From contig NC_068981.1 in assembly GCF_001194135.2 (NCBI RefSeq), positions 13,631,170-13,695,169 on the forward strand: 64,000 nucleotides of DNA, given 5' to 3'. Positions 11,943 through 23,400 of this stretch are shown here, piece by piece (within the stretch, counting starts at the first letter, position 1; each line of letters starts with the position of its first letter). Below the pieces are notes generated by a model that was not told the origin of the DNA, did not search any database, and was given only the letters and a program-made list of their open reading frames with translations. The translations under genes were made by a program, and so were the position numbers. This DNA comes from Octopus bimaculoides (Eukaryota).

Positions 11943-12610
11943 CGTAGTAGTAGTCGTAGTAGTAGTCGTAGTAGTAGTCGTAGTAGTAGTCAGGTCATTG
12001 CCTGGAATCGAACTCGGAAACTCGGGGTTAGTAACCCGCGCTCTTAACCACAATGCTATATGGCGTAGTGGTTAATAATAATAATAAAATCGAAAAATAC
12101 CTTAGGAATGAGAACCCAGGTTCGAAATTTCCCCAAGTCACCCGATGAAAGCTGGAGGGTATATCAGCCGAAACGTTATGCTAACAACAAACAAAATGAG
12201 GACAAATATCCATCGAATGTAAATAATGTAATTTTCTATTTGTAGAAAAATGTCCTTGTTGAGCCTCCCCGGTCAAGTTTACGCTAGATGTCTTGGAAGA
12301 GAGATGTAGGGAAATTGTGGAATCCGAGCTAGCTGAAGAACAGTGTAGCTTCAGTACTTGATGCAGTACAACCAGCCAGAGACTCAGTGTTTGAGAAATC
12401 GTAGCAAAATTGCCACAATATGTACGCTTGTTTTGTGGACTTCGAAAAGACATATGGCCGCGGGACATACTGTACAAGGTTTTGCAGGAGGCTGAGATAC
12501 GTGGGCAACTTCTGATTGTTATATGAAAGCCAAAATATTTTGTATTTGGGTAAATGAACTGACATGCAGCCCTTGTGAAAGTGGTATCACGATTAGTGGT
12601 TGCAGGATGA
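11485..12610 (+). mobile_element. RTE-clade LINE reverse transcriptase fragment, split by an insertion at 11661-12229
   Basis: Frameshifted translation: ALKCGRA..EIRAEMLNAFNGEG..QSGGIIPFFK|..SLLSLPG..YARCLGRE..REIVESELAEEQCSF..YACFVDFEK. Confidence 0.8.
11661..12229. mobile_element. Palindromic tRNA-head/hammerhead element, copy 2, with 12-bp TSD
   Basis: Inverted arms ~11692-11833 and 12089-12230. TSD AATTTTCTATTT at 11649-11660 and 12230-12241. Both hammerhead cores read CCGATGA (11740-11785 minus, 12137-12182 plus). Confidence 0.85.
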
Positions 12611-12714
12611 GGTGGCTCATATTTTTCAGATGACGTGTGCAACTTAGCTCATCATAGGTGACCTCTACCATGCAATAAAAGGATTCGCTTCTGAGCGCTG
12701 CAATTTCTATATTG

Positions 12715-13458
12715 CTGGGGGTGTGTGTAGTATTTGTGCTTTTTCTTATTGTTGTGGGAATGCAAAATCTTCTCGGTATTGCATTGTGTCAGTTTGTTTA
12801 ATTAGGGGTGCCTGTTGTAGTCTTGTATTCTGTGTCGTGTGTGTAATGCAAGTTGTGATCTACTGTTGGGTATCTAGCTTGCTGGTTGCTGTTTATTTTT
12901 ATTGGATATTTTCTAAATAGAGTGTCTTGTGTTTGCCGATTGTTTTCTTTGCGTTGTATTATTGAATAGATAGAGTCTTGCATAGGATGTGGGCTGGTCC
13001 TAGGTGAGCTATGTTTTGGATAGTGTGTAGTGTTGAGGACCAAGGCATAGCTTCTACGTTTTTGCTCATATTTTTTATCATGCTCAATGCTCCAATTAAT
13101 GCTAGTATTGTTTTCACCTTCATGACACTTTCGAGGTCTTTGTACTTTGACAATTTCTCTACGTCTTTTTGGGGTAATATTTTCGTCAGAAGGGTCTGCT
13201 ATGTCTATCAAAAAGCAGTTGTTTTATACCATTTGTTAGCAGTTTTAATTTTATAATGGCGACACATTACCCACTGTAGATATTGACCAACTCAGTCACG
13301 TCTTGATTTTTACTTTACAGGTGCTAAAACCTTACACCCAGAGATTAGATGGCCCACTGTTTCAATCCCATCGTTGCAGTATCGGCACTTTGGTTCTACA
13401 CCATTTTTCCTCACATTGGCTCGATAGTTCCGGGTCAATAAGCTCTGATCTTGAGTAG
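12715..13458 (-). mobile_element. R4/Dong-like RLE retrotransposon 3' fragment
   Basis: LATQDQSLLTRNYRANVRKNGVEPKCRYCNDGIETVGHLISGC (CCHC), LIDIADPSD, SKYKDLE, IGALSMIK, TIQNIAHLGPAHILCKTLS. 5' flank is (AAT)n. Confidence 0.85.
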
Positions 13459-13482
13459 CCAAGATATTATTATTATTATTAC

Positions 13483-13578
<96 letters not shown>

Positions 13579-13606
13579 TTTATTCATTCATTTATTTATT
13601 TTTTTG

Positions 13607-13732
13607 ATGAAAACTCTCAGCTTATTTTGCTGTGTATGATGGAATGTGTCAGCTTTCCACAGCCAGCACACTAAGGGGACACTTGCTTACTGATCATGCT
13701 ACAAGAACCCGCTAAGAACCCTTGCAGTTGTA
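13607..13732 (-). mobile_element. R4/Dong-like 3' end/UTR (same subfamily as 10.3 and 55.6 kb)
   Basis: Reverse complement of GTGTCCCCTTAGT..GCTGGCTGTGGA.AGCTGACAC..TCCATCA....CAGCAAAATAAGCTGAGAGTTTTCAT. Confidence 0.8.
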
Positions 13733-14204
13733 AGTAATGCTGATCTTTGTTGATGTTCTATCTTTATATTTGTATTAATCTTTTTTAGTCCTGTTTGTTG
13801 TTATGTACTGATACTTCCAAACGCGCTGTTCGCTCCCTTCTTTGCCCACAACCAGCATATTTCTCATTTCAAATTGTCATAATTCTTCAAATTTTCTTCT
13901 TTCTCTTTTATTCTGTTGTCATCGAAACAAGATATGTCGATTAATCATGCAAGTTCTTTTTTTTTTCTGTTTTGATCACCACAACGATGTCAATTCCATT
14001 TCTTGCCGAGTGTCTTCCCGACACTGTGTACATTGATAGACCATTAAAATAAATACACCAGATTTGTTCATTTACAAACACTTATAGAGTTAAGTAGAAA
14101 AAAAGACCTGCCGAACACGTATACAATCCTGTTTCATATAAGTTTAAAAACTTGAATATCTACAATTTTTTGTATTCAAAATCTGTTACTATCAGTGTTG
14201 CTGA

Positions 14205-14291
<87 letters not shown>

Positions 14292-15256
14292 CATTGTAGT
14301 TGTTGTTGTTGTCGTCGTCGTCATTGTTCTTGTTTTTTGCTGTTTTTAGAGCTAGGAAGATGCACCGTATACGAATAACTTGTGTTTAAAAAATATTAGA
14401 TTACGAATTTGACATTTTTTTTCTTCTCTGTGTATCGTATGGCATAGGTTCAAAGAGATGTGGGATTCTGTTCAAAAATTGTTTTCCCCGAGTAAAAATC
14501 ATTTAAAAATATTTTTGTTTGGTTTGTTTTCTTTTGTACATAATTCAAAATGGCTTCTCGCATCGGAATGCCACGAAGCTGTTGTCATTAATGGTGGTAA
14601 TACTAATATATAGAGCAAAACACCCACAGCTGAAAAGCAAAAATTGTGAAAAAACATATTATCATGTTAAAGAAGAAAAGGAAACACTAAAAAAAAGGTA
14701 AAAAAGGAAGAAAACAAGCAGCATCTAACAAACAGATATACACAGAGAAAAGTATTGACTTTATGACGCAAAATGGTAACAAAATTGATTTAAACATTCT
14801 CATCGAAAAGACAAACAAGAAAACAATTCTCACATACAAATCTTGCCGAGCGTAAATGATAGTGACATTAGATGCAGTTTTGCGAATGTTGCTTGCCAAA
14901 TAACGTCCCTTGATATGGATAAGATACAGTTGAAAAAATTAAAATGACAGCGATGAATCATTAGCTGAAGAATTTGTCCAAGAACGAGTAAAGAAGAGTA
15001 AATTTATACATTTCTATCTTACGATGAGTAAAAGGTTTTTCAATCTACCCTCAATACATCGACAGAAAGAACTGCTGTCCTATGTGTAGAGCAATGTGGT
15101 ACTCATCGTCCGGTGCATTTCATACGAAAATATAAGTTCTAGTATTCTAGCTGAAAGCAAGGATAATATAAAATGCACTTTTTCATTGCATAATATCACA
15201 TTCTTGCGTTGAACCGTTTATTTTGTCCTTTTTTTTTCATCTGCTTAATTTGGCAC

Positions 15257-16075
15257 TTACATACCCAACATTCGGGTTAATTTCTTCCATCTCCTTTCGT
15301 AATTTTTTGCCGTCATAAGTTTCTTCTCCAGACATGCTTTTCCTCTAGAGGTTAACCAAAGCATGCCCGGAGACGAAGGTGCCTGATGCGATACCTCTTC
15401 CACGCGTCTTCTATATAAAAACTCTTTCGCTATAGCTATTACGGTTAGAAAAGAAAATTTCTCTTCTCCTATTAGAGGAGACGGTGGAACAATCTTAATA
15501 ATCGATTCGGCTGACAGCTGTACTCCCTCCAACTGTGACAGTACCTGTTCTGCAGAAACCCACAGGTTCGAGAGACTCGGACACTGTACGAGTACATGCA
15601 GAAAGTTTTCGTTGCTCTGCCCGCAACGTGGGCACGTAGGCGAAACCATGACGCCGTGTTTCATGAGTTTGTCTAAAACGATTTGAGCCAGCGTAATCTA
15701 CGCGAGCATCACGGATTGCTTGATGTTGCTTAACACCACTAACGTGTGTGACGTACCCAAAAAGTTTTCCAGGTTTTGGGAAAAGTCAGGCTTTTCTTAT
15801 CCCTACTGGGGCATAGAGCGTCACCAACCTGAAGGCTTTACCACAACTGAGAGTTACATCTAGGACTACCAGCCTGCCTTCCGAATCGACAAAGATTGTT
15901 GCATTTTCTAGTTTGAGCGCCTTCCCGAGTAGAACTACAACTCCCCTCGCATCTCCCGGTTGACACGGAGAAATGAATTTCTCGTAGTCGTTTAGGAGCG
16001 GCGCAAAGTCCTGCAGAGACGAACGAGTGAAGAGGAGCAGAAACAATATACACAACGGCCTGTTCCAAAGAGAGC
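15257..16075 (-). mobile_element. Tx1/L1-clade LINE ORF2 relic: APE N-terminus fused to the C-terminal zinc knuckle
   Basis: DSEGRLVVLDVT..FRLVTLYAP..LENFLGTSHTLVVL..AIRDARVDYAG joins at ~15680 to DKLMKHG..CPRCGQSNENFLHVLVQC; RT domain absent. Confidence 0.8.
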
Positions 16076-16218
16076 TATTACAACAGTAATCCCAATTACA
16101 TCACTAAATACGGCACCGAATTTAATTGAAAATTCACCACTTTCCCCGAGTTAACCGTAGACGGCAATCACACGTCAGAAACTACCCAAGAATGAACCAT
16201 GTTAGAGAAGTAAAACTA

Positions 16219-16439
16219 TTTAGAAATAATACATTTCTAAATCTCTCAGAGAGATTTATGCTGTAGTGATACAATGAAGTAGTTGTATGCTGTCAACTTA
16301 ATGTGACAGTCCCCTCAAGGGAATAATACTACTGTTCGTTAGACTTAGGAAGCGGTGCAGCTTCCTAGGTCTAACCAACAGTAGTATTATTCCCTTTTAA
16401 TTGACTGTCACATTAAGTTGACTGCATACAACGAAGTCA
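16219..16439. mobile_element. Triple-hairpin foldback repeat, copy 1
   Basis: Two short hairpins (TTTAGAAAT/ATTTCTAAA; AAATCTCTC/GAGAGATTT), then ~70-bp inverted arms 16283-16353 and 16360-16431; second copy at 20577. Confidence 0.75.
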
Positions 16440-17128
16440 AACTAATCCCTAGAATCAACAAAATTCAATGTATAGAGCAAATATAACGAACGTATGAGAA
16501 GATTGTGAGATGAAGAAAGAGTACTGGAAACACTGAAAGGAGAAACTACATCGGAAAAATGCTACTAAGCATTTTGTCAGGCGTGTGAGATACTCAGTCA
16601 GCTCACCGCCTTTCTTGATACATTAATTCGTATCAATTTGGAAAGGAGGAGAGTAATTATAAACCAAAGACCATTTAGGAACTTCAAACCATAAAACTCT
16701 TTGCAAAATAATAAAGGAAAGATTTATTATCATTAAAATATATATGNNNNNNNNNNNNNNNNNNNNNNNNNNNNNNNNNNNNNNNNNNNNNNNNNNNNNN
16801 NNNNNNNNNNNNNNNNNNNNNNNNNNNNNNNNNNNNNNNNNNNNNNNNNNNNNNNNNNNNNNNNNNNNNNNNNNNNNNNNNNNNNNNNNNNNNNNNNNNN
16901 NNNNNNNNNNNNNNTATATATATATATATATAAATATAAGTTTATTCATGACAGCGATGTGAAAGATGAAGCGACAAAATGATAAACGTTCTCGTTATGG
17001 CTTTCTTTAACGTGACCAAGATAAGTAGAGTATAAGGAATGTAGAGTACAAAGATATAACGTTTATTTTGAAGTAACCTAATAAAGTATGTAAAAGTAGA
17101 CGAAATGTTTGTGAGAACGAGAGAACTG

Positions 17129-17168
<40 letters not shown>

Positions 17169-17404
17169 TGGTGGTGGCGGTGGTAGTAGTAGTAGTAGTA
17201 GCAGCAGAATAAACTGATATTTCAGAATATTTTGATATTCAATAGCATTAACATCACTCTCTGTCTCACATACAGACACCTACGCGTACACACAAACACA
17301 CACACACACACACGCTACGCTTTTTGAAGTTTGCCTGTTGATACATCTTACATGACCAACGTTTAGTTAAATCCAGGCTAACAAAAACGTCGAGTGCAAG
17401 GCTG

Positions 17405-17617
17405 AGATCTCTTTTTTATTTGTTACTTGTTTCAGCCATTGGTTTGAAGCCACCCTGGGACACCGTCTTGAAGGGTTTAGTGAAGCAAATCGACTACAAT
17501 ACTTATTTTACTCACAACCGGGTGTATAGCAGAGGTTACTTATTCATGGTGCTGTGCAGTGGAACAGAACCTGAAATCACGTGGTTCCAAAGCGCGCTTC
17601 TTAACCACACAGCCATT
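17405..17617 (-). mobile_element. SINE related to family B/C, without internal microsatellite
   Basis: Head rc of TTAACCACACAGCC; tail rc of TTACTTGTTTCAGCCATT. Confidence 0.65.
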
Positions 17618-17868
17618 CATGAAGAAGTTAAATAAAGCTTGGATAACACTCAGAAATTTCACCTCTGCTTGAGTAACAACTCGTTTTGTTATAGCCATTT
17701 GGAAAATAAAAAAAAAACAGAAAATAAAACAAAAGCAAAACAAAAGCAAAACAAAGGCAAAACAAACAAAACAAAGCAAAAAAAAAAACGTTAGTCATAA
17801 CACCTTCAGGAATAGACTGACAAACGAAAACCATCATCTCTTGGACAGTATTAGATATATTATAGGTA

Positions 17869-18587
17869 CTAGCTGAATAGCCCGTTGTTGTCGGGCAATT
17901 TTTACAACATAATGTCTTATATAATTTTTTGTTTATTCCATGTCAGAACATACCTTTTTCGACAGATAGGCCTCTTGATCAGGACAGTTTTGTGCAATTT
18001 TTCGCATATCTGCGGAATAGGAAAAGTAGAAAAAGTATCAAAAAATAAGTTTCTGAAGTTCTTTCCTTTTGCAAGAAGGTTATGGAAAAAACTTTTTGTC
18101 TCATACACTCATTAGCACTTATTCCATCTCCAAATCAAATTTGAAGCGAATCGAATGTTAAATGCAAAAGTTATTGAGCGAATAAAAAGTTGCAATAAAA
18201 TTGGAAAAAAATCGTTTTTATGCGGCTTTTTGCCCTCTCCTTACAGCCTAAGTAAAATATTTTTCCTTAATAGTAATCCTCGTAACATTTCCCACTAGTT
18301 TCTTAAATTTGAAGTGAATCGGTTGAGAAATGCAAAAGTTATTGCAAAAAAATATTTTCCTTATGGAAATTCCCATTCAAAACTCCTATTGATTTTTTTC
18401 AATTGGCCGCTGATTTGCAATTATCGATTTTTTTTTCAACAATCTGAGTATGGCATGAGGTTTCCAGACATGAGTTCTACTCACGTGTCAAGTCTCATCA
18501 AAATCGATAAAACGATGTCGGAGGAGTTAGCTAACAACTCCGCAAACAAACACAACCACAGACAGAATTCCTCACATATTTAGAAGA
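17869..18587 (-). mobile_element. Non-autonomous Helitron
   Basis: Minus strand: 5' TC at 18587-18586 preceded by A; 3' hairpin GCCCG/CGGGC at 17880-17896, 7 nt before terminal CTAG (17872-17869), followed by T; no TSD. Confidence 0.75.
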
Positions 18588-18670
18588 TTACGGAGCTCAA
18601 AATCATCTGCTTCACAGAAAATTCTCATCAACAGCAAACATACTCCAATCTTTACACAATAAGCTCAATC

Positions 18671-18922
18671 TACATTATTTTCATTATTTATATTTCACGA
18701 ATATTTGTCCTCATCTTGCTTGTTTTTAACACAACGTTTCGACTGATATACCCTCCAGCCTTCATCAGGTGTCTTGGTGAAATTTCGAACCTAAGTTCTA
18801 ATTTCTAAGATATTTTTCGATGTTGTTATTATTATTATTATTATTATTCAGGTCACTGCCTGGAATCGAACTCGGAATCTTGGGGTTTGTAACCCGCGCT
18901 TTTAACCACTACGCCATATGCC
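18671..18922 (-). mobile_element. tRNA-head/hammerhead element, copy 3 (single arm)
   Basis: Head with A-box TGGCGTAGTGG and B-box GAGTTCGATTCC, then (AAT)n, then the tail. Confidence 0.85.
18728..18773 (-). ncRNA. Minimal type I hammerhead ribozyme, core intact
   Basis: GACAC CTGATGA A GGCTG-10 nt-CAGTC GAAAC GTT GTGTT; helices I and II retained with G.U pairs. Confidence 0.8.
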
Positions 18923-18984
18923 GACGCAAATTTAAAACTGTCTTGGGAATACCAAAGTGAGAGACGCAGAATGAGCGCTCCACT

Positions 18985-19223
18985 GTGGTTGAGCACTCCA
19001 AGGACATGCGTAGTCTTAACGAATTTTTCAGGAGTAATTCAGCATAACATAGAATGTGACAAGGCTGCCCCTTTTGTATTACTGGTACAACTCATTTTGT
19101 TTGTTGAGTGCACTGGAGCAATGTGAAATAAAGTGTGCTACTCAAGGATATAACGCCCGAAATCGAACTCACAACTTTACAATCGTGATCCGCATACCCT
19201 AGACACTAAGGCACGTGCCTTCA
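18985..19223 (-). mobile_element. SINE family D
   Basis: Head GAAGGCACGTGCCTTAGTGTCTAGGG..GAGTTCGATTTC; CORE-like and 3' modules as at 1.9 kb. Confidence 0.8.
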
Positions 19224-19530
19224 CAGCTGCAAGAGAAAATGTGAAGAAATGGAAAAAAAAAATGTACGATACCAGGAAGAATGTCCGCCGTTCACATTGC
19301 AAGTCTCAGGTCGAATATACGTACAACCATGCATATGCGCGAATATGTGTGTGTGTTTTATCCTTCATGAGGCAACGCAGTGAAAGTTTTAGCCGAAGAA
19401 ATTAACATTTGTGCATATTTATATTTTACGGAGATGTACTTGCATAGCAAGTGACCTGATCTGAGATTGTGTGGTGAAACAAAAACAATTGCGGAGTGAA
19501 AGGTGTTTATAAGCCATTTAAAAACACACA

Positions 19531-19669
19531 AAAACTGTTAGATTCACTTCAACATTTAAATTCAATTTGCCAAAATATTTTCGTCGCTTTGAGACTGCGA
19601 CCTGTTCGCTGACAAAATTCCGTTCTGAACAGAATTTAGATTAAATGTTGAAGAGGATCTAACGGTTTT
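19531..19669. mobile_element. Small inverted-repeat element enclosing a hammerhead-shaped fold with degenerate core
   Basis: 29-bp IRs (26/29) at 19531-19559 and 19641-19669; internal minus-strand fold at 19566-19616. Confidence 0.55.
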
Positions 19670-20130
19670 CGCATATTTTTACGTCAGTTAACTATTCCGA
19701 AACGCTAAGTTATGGGTCCATATAGAGACTATTTCTAGTTGTCAAGCGGCGGCAGAGGACAAACCCAAGCATAACGACACGCACGCATATATACATATAA
19801 TTACTTATCTGAATACTTACTTATATGTATACTTACATATACATATATCTACATATACTTACCTATCTGTGTTAGACGTGTGTGAATGCATGGTTGTGTG
19901 TGCGTGTGTGTGTACGTACGCGCGTTTAATCTCGTCACTAATGCTAAGGCTACGGACAACATGTGAAGGATATGCTATGTTCAATTAGGGGTACTTTTTG
20001 GTTATCTCACCCCCATTGAAAAACTGGGTTATCTTCCCAACTAGAAAAATTGTTTAACTCAATAAAACAAAAAAAAAATGATAAATTATTAAACATGAAA
20101 ATTGAAAAAAATAAGACATCTTATTGAATC

Positions 20131-20540
20131 TCTTTTACTCTATTCTTTTACTTGCTTCACTCATTTGACTGCAGCCATGCTGGAGCGCCGCCTTTAGTCG
20201 AGCAAATCGACTCCCAGACTTATTGTTTGTAAGCCTAGTACTTATAATATTGGTCTTTTATGCTGAACCGCTAAGTTACGGAGACATAAACACAAAACGA
20301 TCGGTTGTCAAGCTATGTTGGGGGTACAAACACAGGCACACACACATATACACACACATACATACACATATGCATATACATATATACGATGAGCTTCTTT
20401 CAGTTTCCGTCTACTGAAAGAAGGCTTTGGTCGGCCCAAAACTATACCAGAAGACACTTGCCAAAGGTGCCACGCAGTGGAACTGAACCCGAAACAATGT
20501 GGTTGGTAAGCAGGCTACTTACCACACAGCCACTCCTGCG
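20131..20540 (-). mobile_element. Composite SINE family B/C
   Basis: Reverse complement of 10636-11037, with internal (CA)/(TA) tract. Confidence 0.9.
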
Positions 20541-20576
20541 ACTATAATAACATTCTTTATAACAAGTCATACCATT

Positions 20577-20724
20577 TTTAGAAATAATACATTTCTAAAT
20601 CTCTCAGGGAGATTTATGCAGTAAGTGATACGATGAAATAATTGAATGGTGTCAACTTAATGTGACAGTCCCCTGGAGGGAATAATACTATTCCCTTCAG
20701 GGGACTGTCACATAAAGTTGACAA
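20577..20724. mobile_element. Triple-hairpin foldback repeat, copy 2 (centre deleted)
   Basis: Same two short hairpins; the long hairpin is shortened to 20650-20724. Confidence 0.75.
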
Positions 20725-21631
20725 CAAATCATACCCTGCTTGTTGAGGAGACCAAAAGTGGACAATGTGTTGAAGTATTGAATCAAAAGAATCTAACCCT
20801 TTTAATTAATCTCTTTTCGCCACATAAACTCAGCTTTTTAGTGGGGAGATAAACCAGTTTTTTAACAGCAATTTTTTAATGGATGCCCAATTATGAAAGT
20901 CGCTTTCTATCCAATTCGTCTTTCCTATGAAACAGAAATCATTAACAAAACACTGAACGAAACCTAAATACTTGACGATCGAGGAGAGCTACAGAGGCTT
21001 TTAAAACTGAGCAGCACCAATCTAAAGTAAGCAAATCTATTCGATCTTTTCGTAGTTAAGTGCGTTGTCCAAAGACTCAACTGTGTTGATGTAACACGAA
21101 CCAGAGAAATACCTGCGGCTCTATATTACACTATCGATTCAGTCATCTAAATTCTCTCTTTATCTGTTCGTTCAATCGCTCTCTTCCAGTCGTATAGGCT
21201 TAAATAGGGATACGTAGAATCACATATATACACTGAAATGCATATTTTCTGCCGCGCAAGTACACATACTTAAATTCATATATATACAACGGCACCACTC
21301 AAATGTACGTACAGACACAAACATAGACATTCACATAGAAACACAGGCATATACACATACATATAGAAATAGAGAGACTGTGAGATAGACAGATAGAGAG
21401 GCGGGAAAGCGAGAAAGGAGGAGAGAGAGAGAGAGAGAGAGAGAGGAAAAGCGATTAATTTGCAAAATGTCGAAAGGAAGACACACGGATATTGGAGTCA
21501 ATAATCAGTATCTTCCATTACACACACACGCGCGCGCGCATACATACACACACAACACACACAGACATGCAAACAGATAAATGCATATATAGGCATAAAC
21601 ATAAATACATATATGTATATTTACATATCAC

Positions 21632-21653
21632 TATCTATCTATCTATCTATCTA

Positions 21654-21713
<60 letters not shown>

Positions 21714-21745
21714 TCTAGCCATCTACCTATCTATCTATTTATCTG

Positions 21746-21806
<61 letters not shown>

Positions 21807-21904
21807 ATCTCTCTCTCTCTCTCTCTCCATCTACCTATCTGTCTATCTATTTATCTATCTACCCGGTCTATCTATCTATCTACCGACCATATCTACACAC
21901 ACAT

Positions 21905-21982
<78 letters not shown>

Positions 21983-21990
21983 GTACACAC
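21632..21990. repeat. (ATCT)n/(GTCT)n/(CA)n compound microsatellite
   Basis: Direct reading. Confidence 0.95.
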
Positions 21991-22127
21991 ACAGACACAC
22001 ACGCACGCACACAAACACATACACGCATATACACCAACGCCACGCACATGCATGCTTCAAGAAAGAGCTTACTCCGGCAATACTTCTTAATTTACTAAAA
22101 TTACAAATTACTGCCATTTTCTCACAG

Positions 22128-22193
22128 TTGGAACTGATATGTTTGCTGCATCCGGAGATATTGGCAATGCTAAAAGTATTGGCAAAGATGCAA
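22128..22193 (+). CDS. Candidate internal exon (66 nt): xGTDMFAASGDIGNAKSIGKDA (phase 1) or LELICLLHPEILAMLKVLAKMQ (phase 0)
   Basis: Acceptor CCATTTTCTCACAG, donor CAA|GTGAGT, length divisible by 3. Product not recognised. Confidence 0.3.
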
Positions 22194-22477
22194 GTGAGTT
22201 GAGTAGGAAAAGTATTGATCCAATAGTCGAGATGCAACCAATTATCCACCGAGTAATATTTAGACATTTTGCAGCCAGCGCCATCTACATATAAATAAAA
22301 GACTGGTAGTGTTCTCGAGGAAAAAAAAAAAAAAAAAAAATTTAGAACTCATTTCTTGATATAAAGTAAAGCAAAGAAAAAATGTTTCGCTATGACCATG
22401 ATGTTGGTGATACTGATCTAATGATGCTGGTCCTGATTTTAAGCGCGCGCATAGTGATGTGGAATAGTGTGTGCAGT

Positions 22478-22822
22478 GATCATCATCGTCATCGTCGTCG
22501 TCGTCGTCATCAGCATCATCGTTGCCGTCGACATCGTCATAATCATCATCATCATCATCATCATTATCATCATCGTCATCAGCATTGTCGTCGTCGTCGT
22601 CATCGTTGTCGTCGATGTCATCGTTGTCACCATCACTTGCCTCCCCTTCCACCTCCTCCTCCTCCTCCTCCTCCTCTGCCTCTTCCTCCTCTTCCTCCTC
22701 CTTGTCGACGTCATCATCATCGTCGTAGCTGGAGTCGCCGCTGGCGCCGTCGTCTTCGTCTTCGTCGTCGTCATCACTGTGGTGGTGGTCGTCGTCGTCG
22801 TGATCGGCGTCGTCATCGTCAC

Positions 22823-22859
<37 letters not shown>

Positions 22860-23400
22860 TTCATCATCATCGATTTCGCTTTCGTTGTTGTCGTCGACAA
22901 CATCATGTTCCTACTCACCCTGCTCCTCCTTCTCCTTCTCACCTTCATCTTCATCATCATCGTCATCATTGTCATCAACATCATCGTTGCCATCGACATC
23001 ATCATCATCATCATCATCATCATCGTCTTCACCGTCATCGTCATCGTCATCCGTCCCCATTGTTGTTGTAGTCCTCGTCACAGCCATCACGAATACCACA
23101 AGGCGTCGTCCTTATCACATCTTGCATCGCCAGTGACAACCTCATCATCAGCAAACAGCATCCACACCGTTTCCTGTCGTCATCTTTCTTGCAATATACA
23201 CCGATAATATAGCCGTCAGCTCTCCGGCCTACATTATCACCACAATCACCACCACTACCACCACCACCATCACCACCACCGCCGCCGCCGCCATCACTTG
23301 CAGCATCAGAACCAAAACCCGCCCGCCCCCACCACCACCACTAACACCGCCGCCATCACCTGCAGCATCAGAACCACCACAACCACCACCACCATTATCA
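22478..23400. repeat. Degenerate (CAT)/(CGT)/(CCT)/(CAC) low-complexity block
   Basis: Direct reading; source of the poly-H/D/I/V ORFs. Confidence 0.9.

Noticed and set aside
21492-23207. Long ORFs (130-246 aa) in the track
   Set aside because: Open only because of microsatellites; homopolymeric translations in several frames and on both strands.
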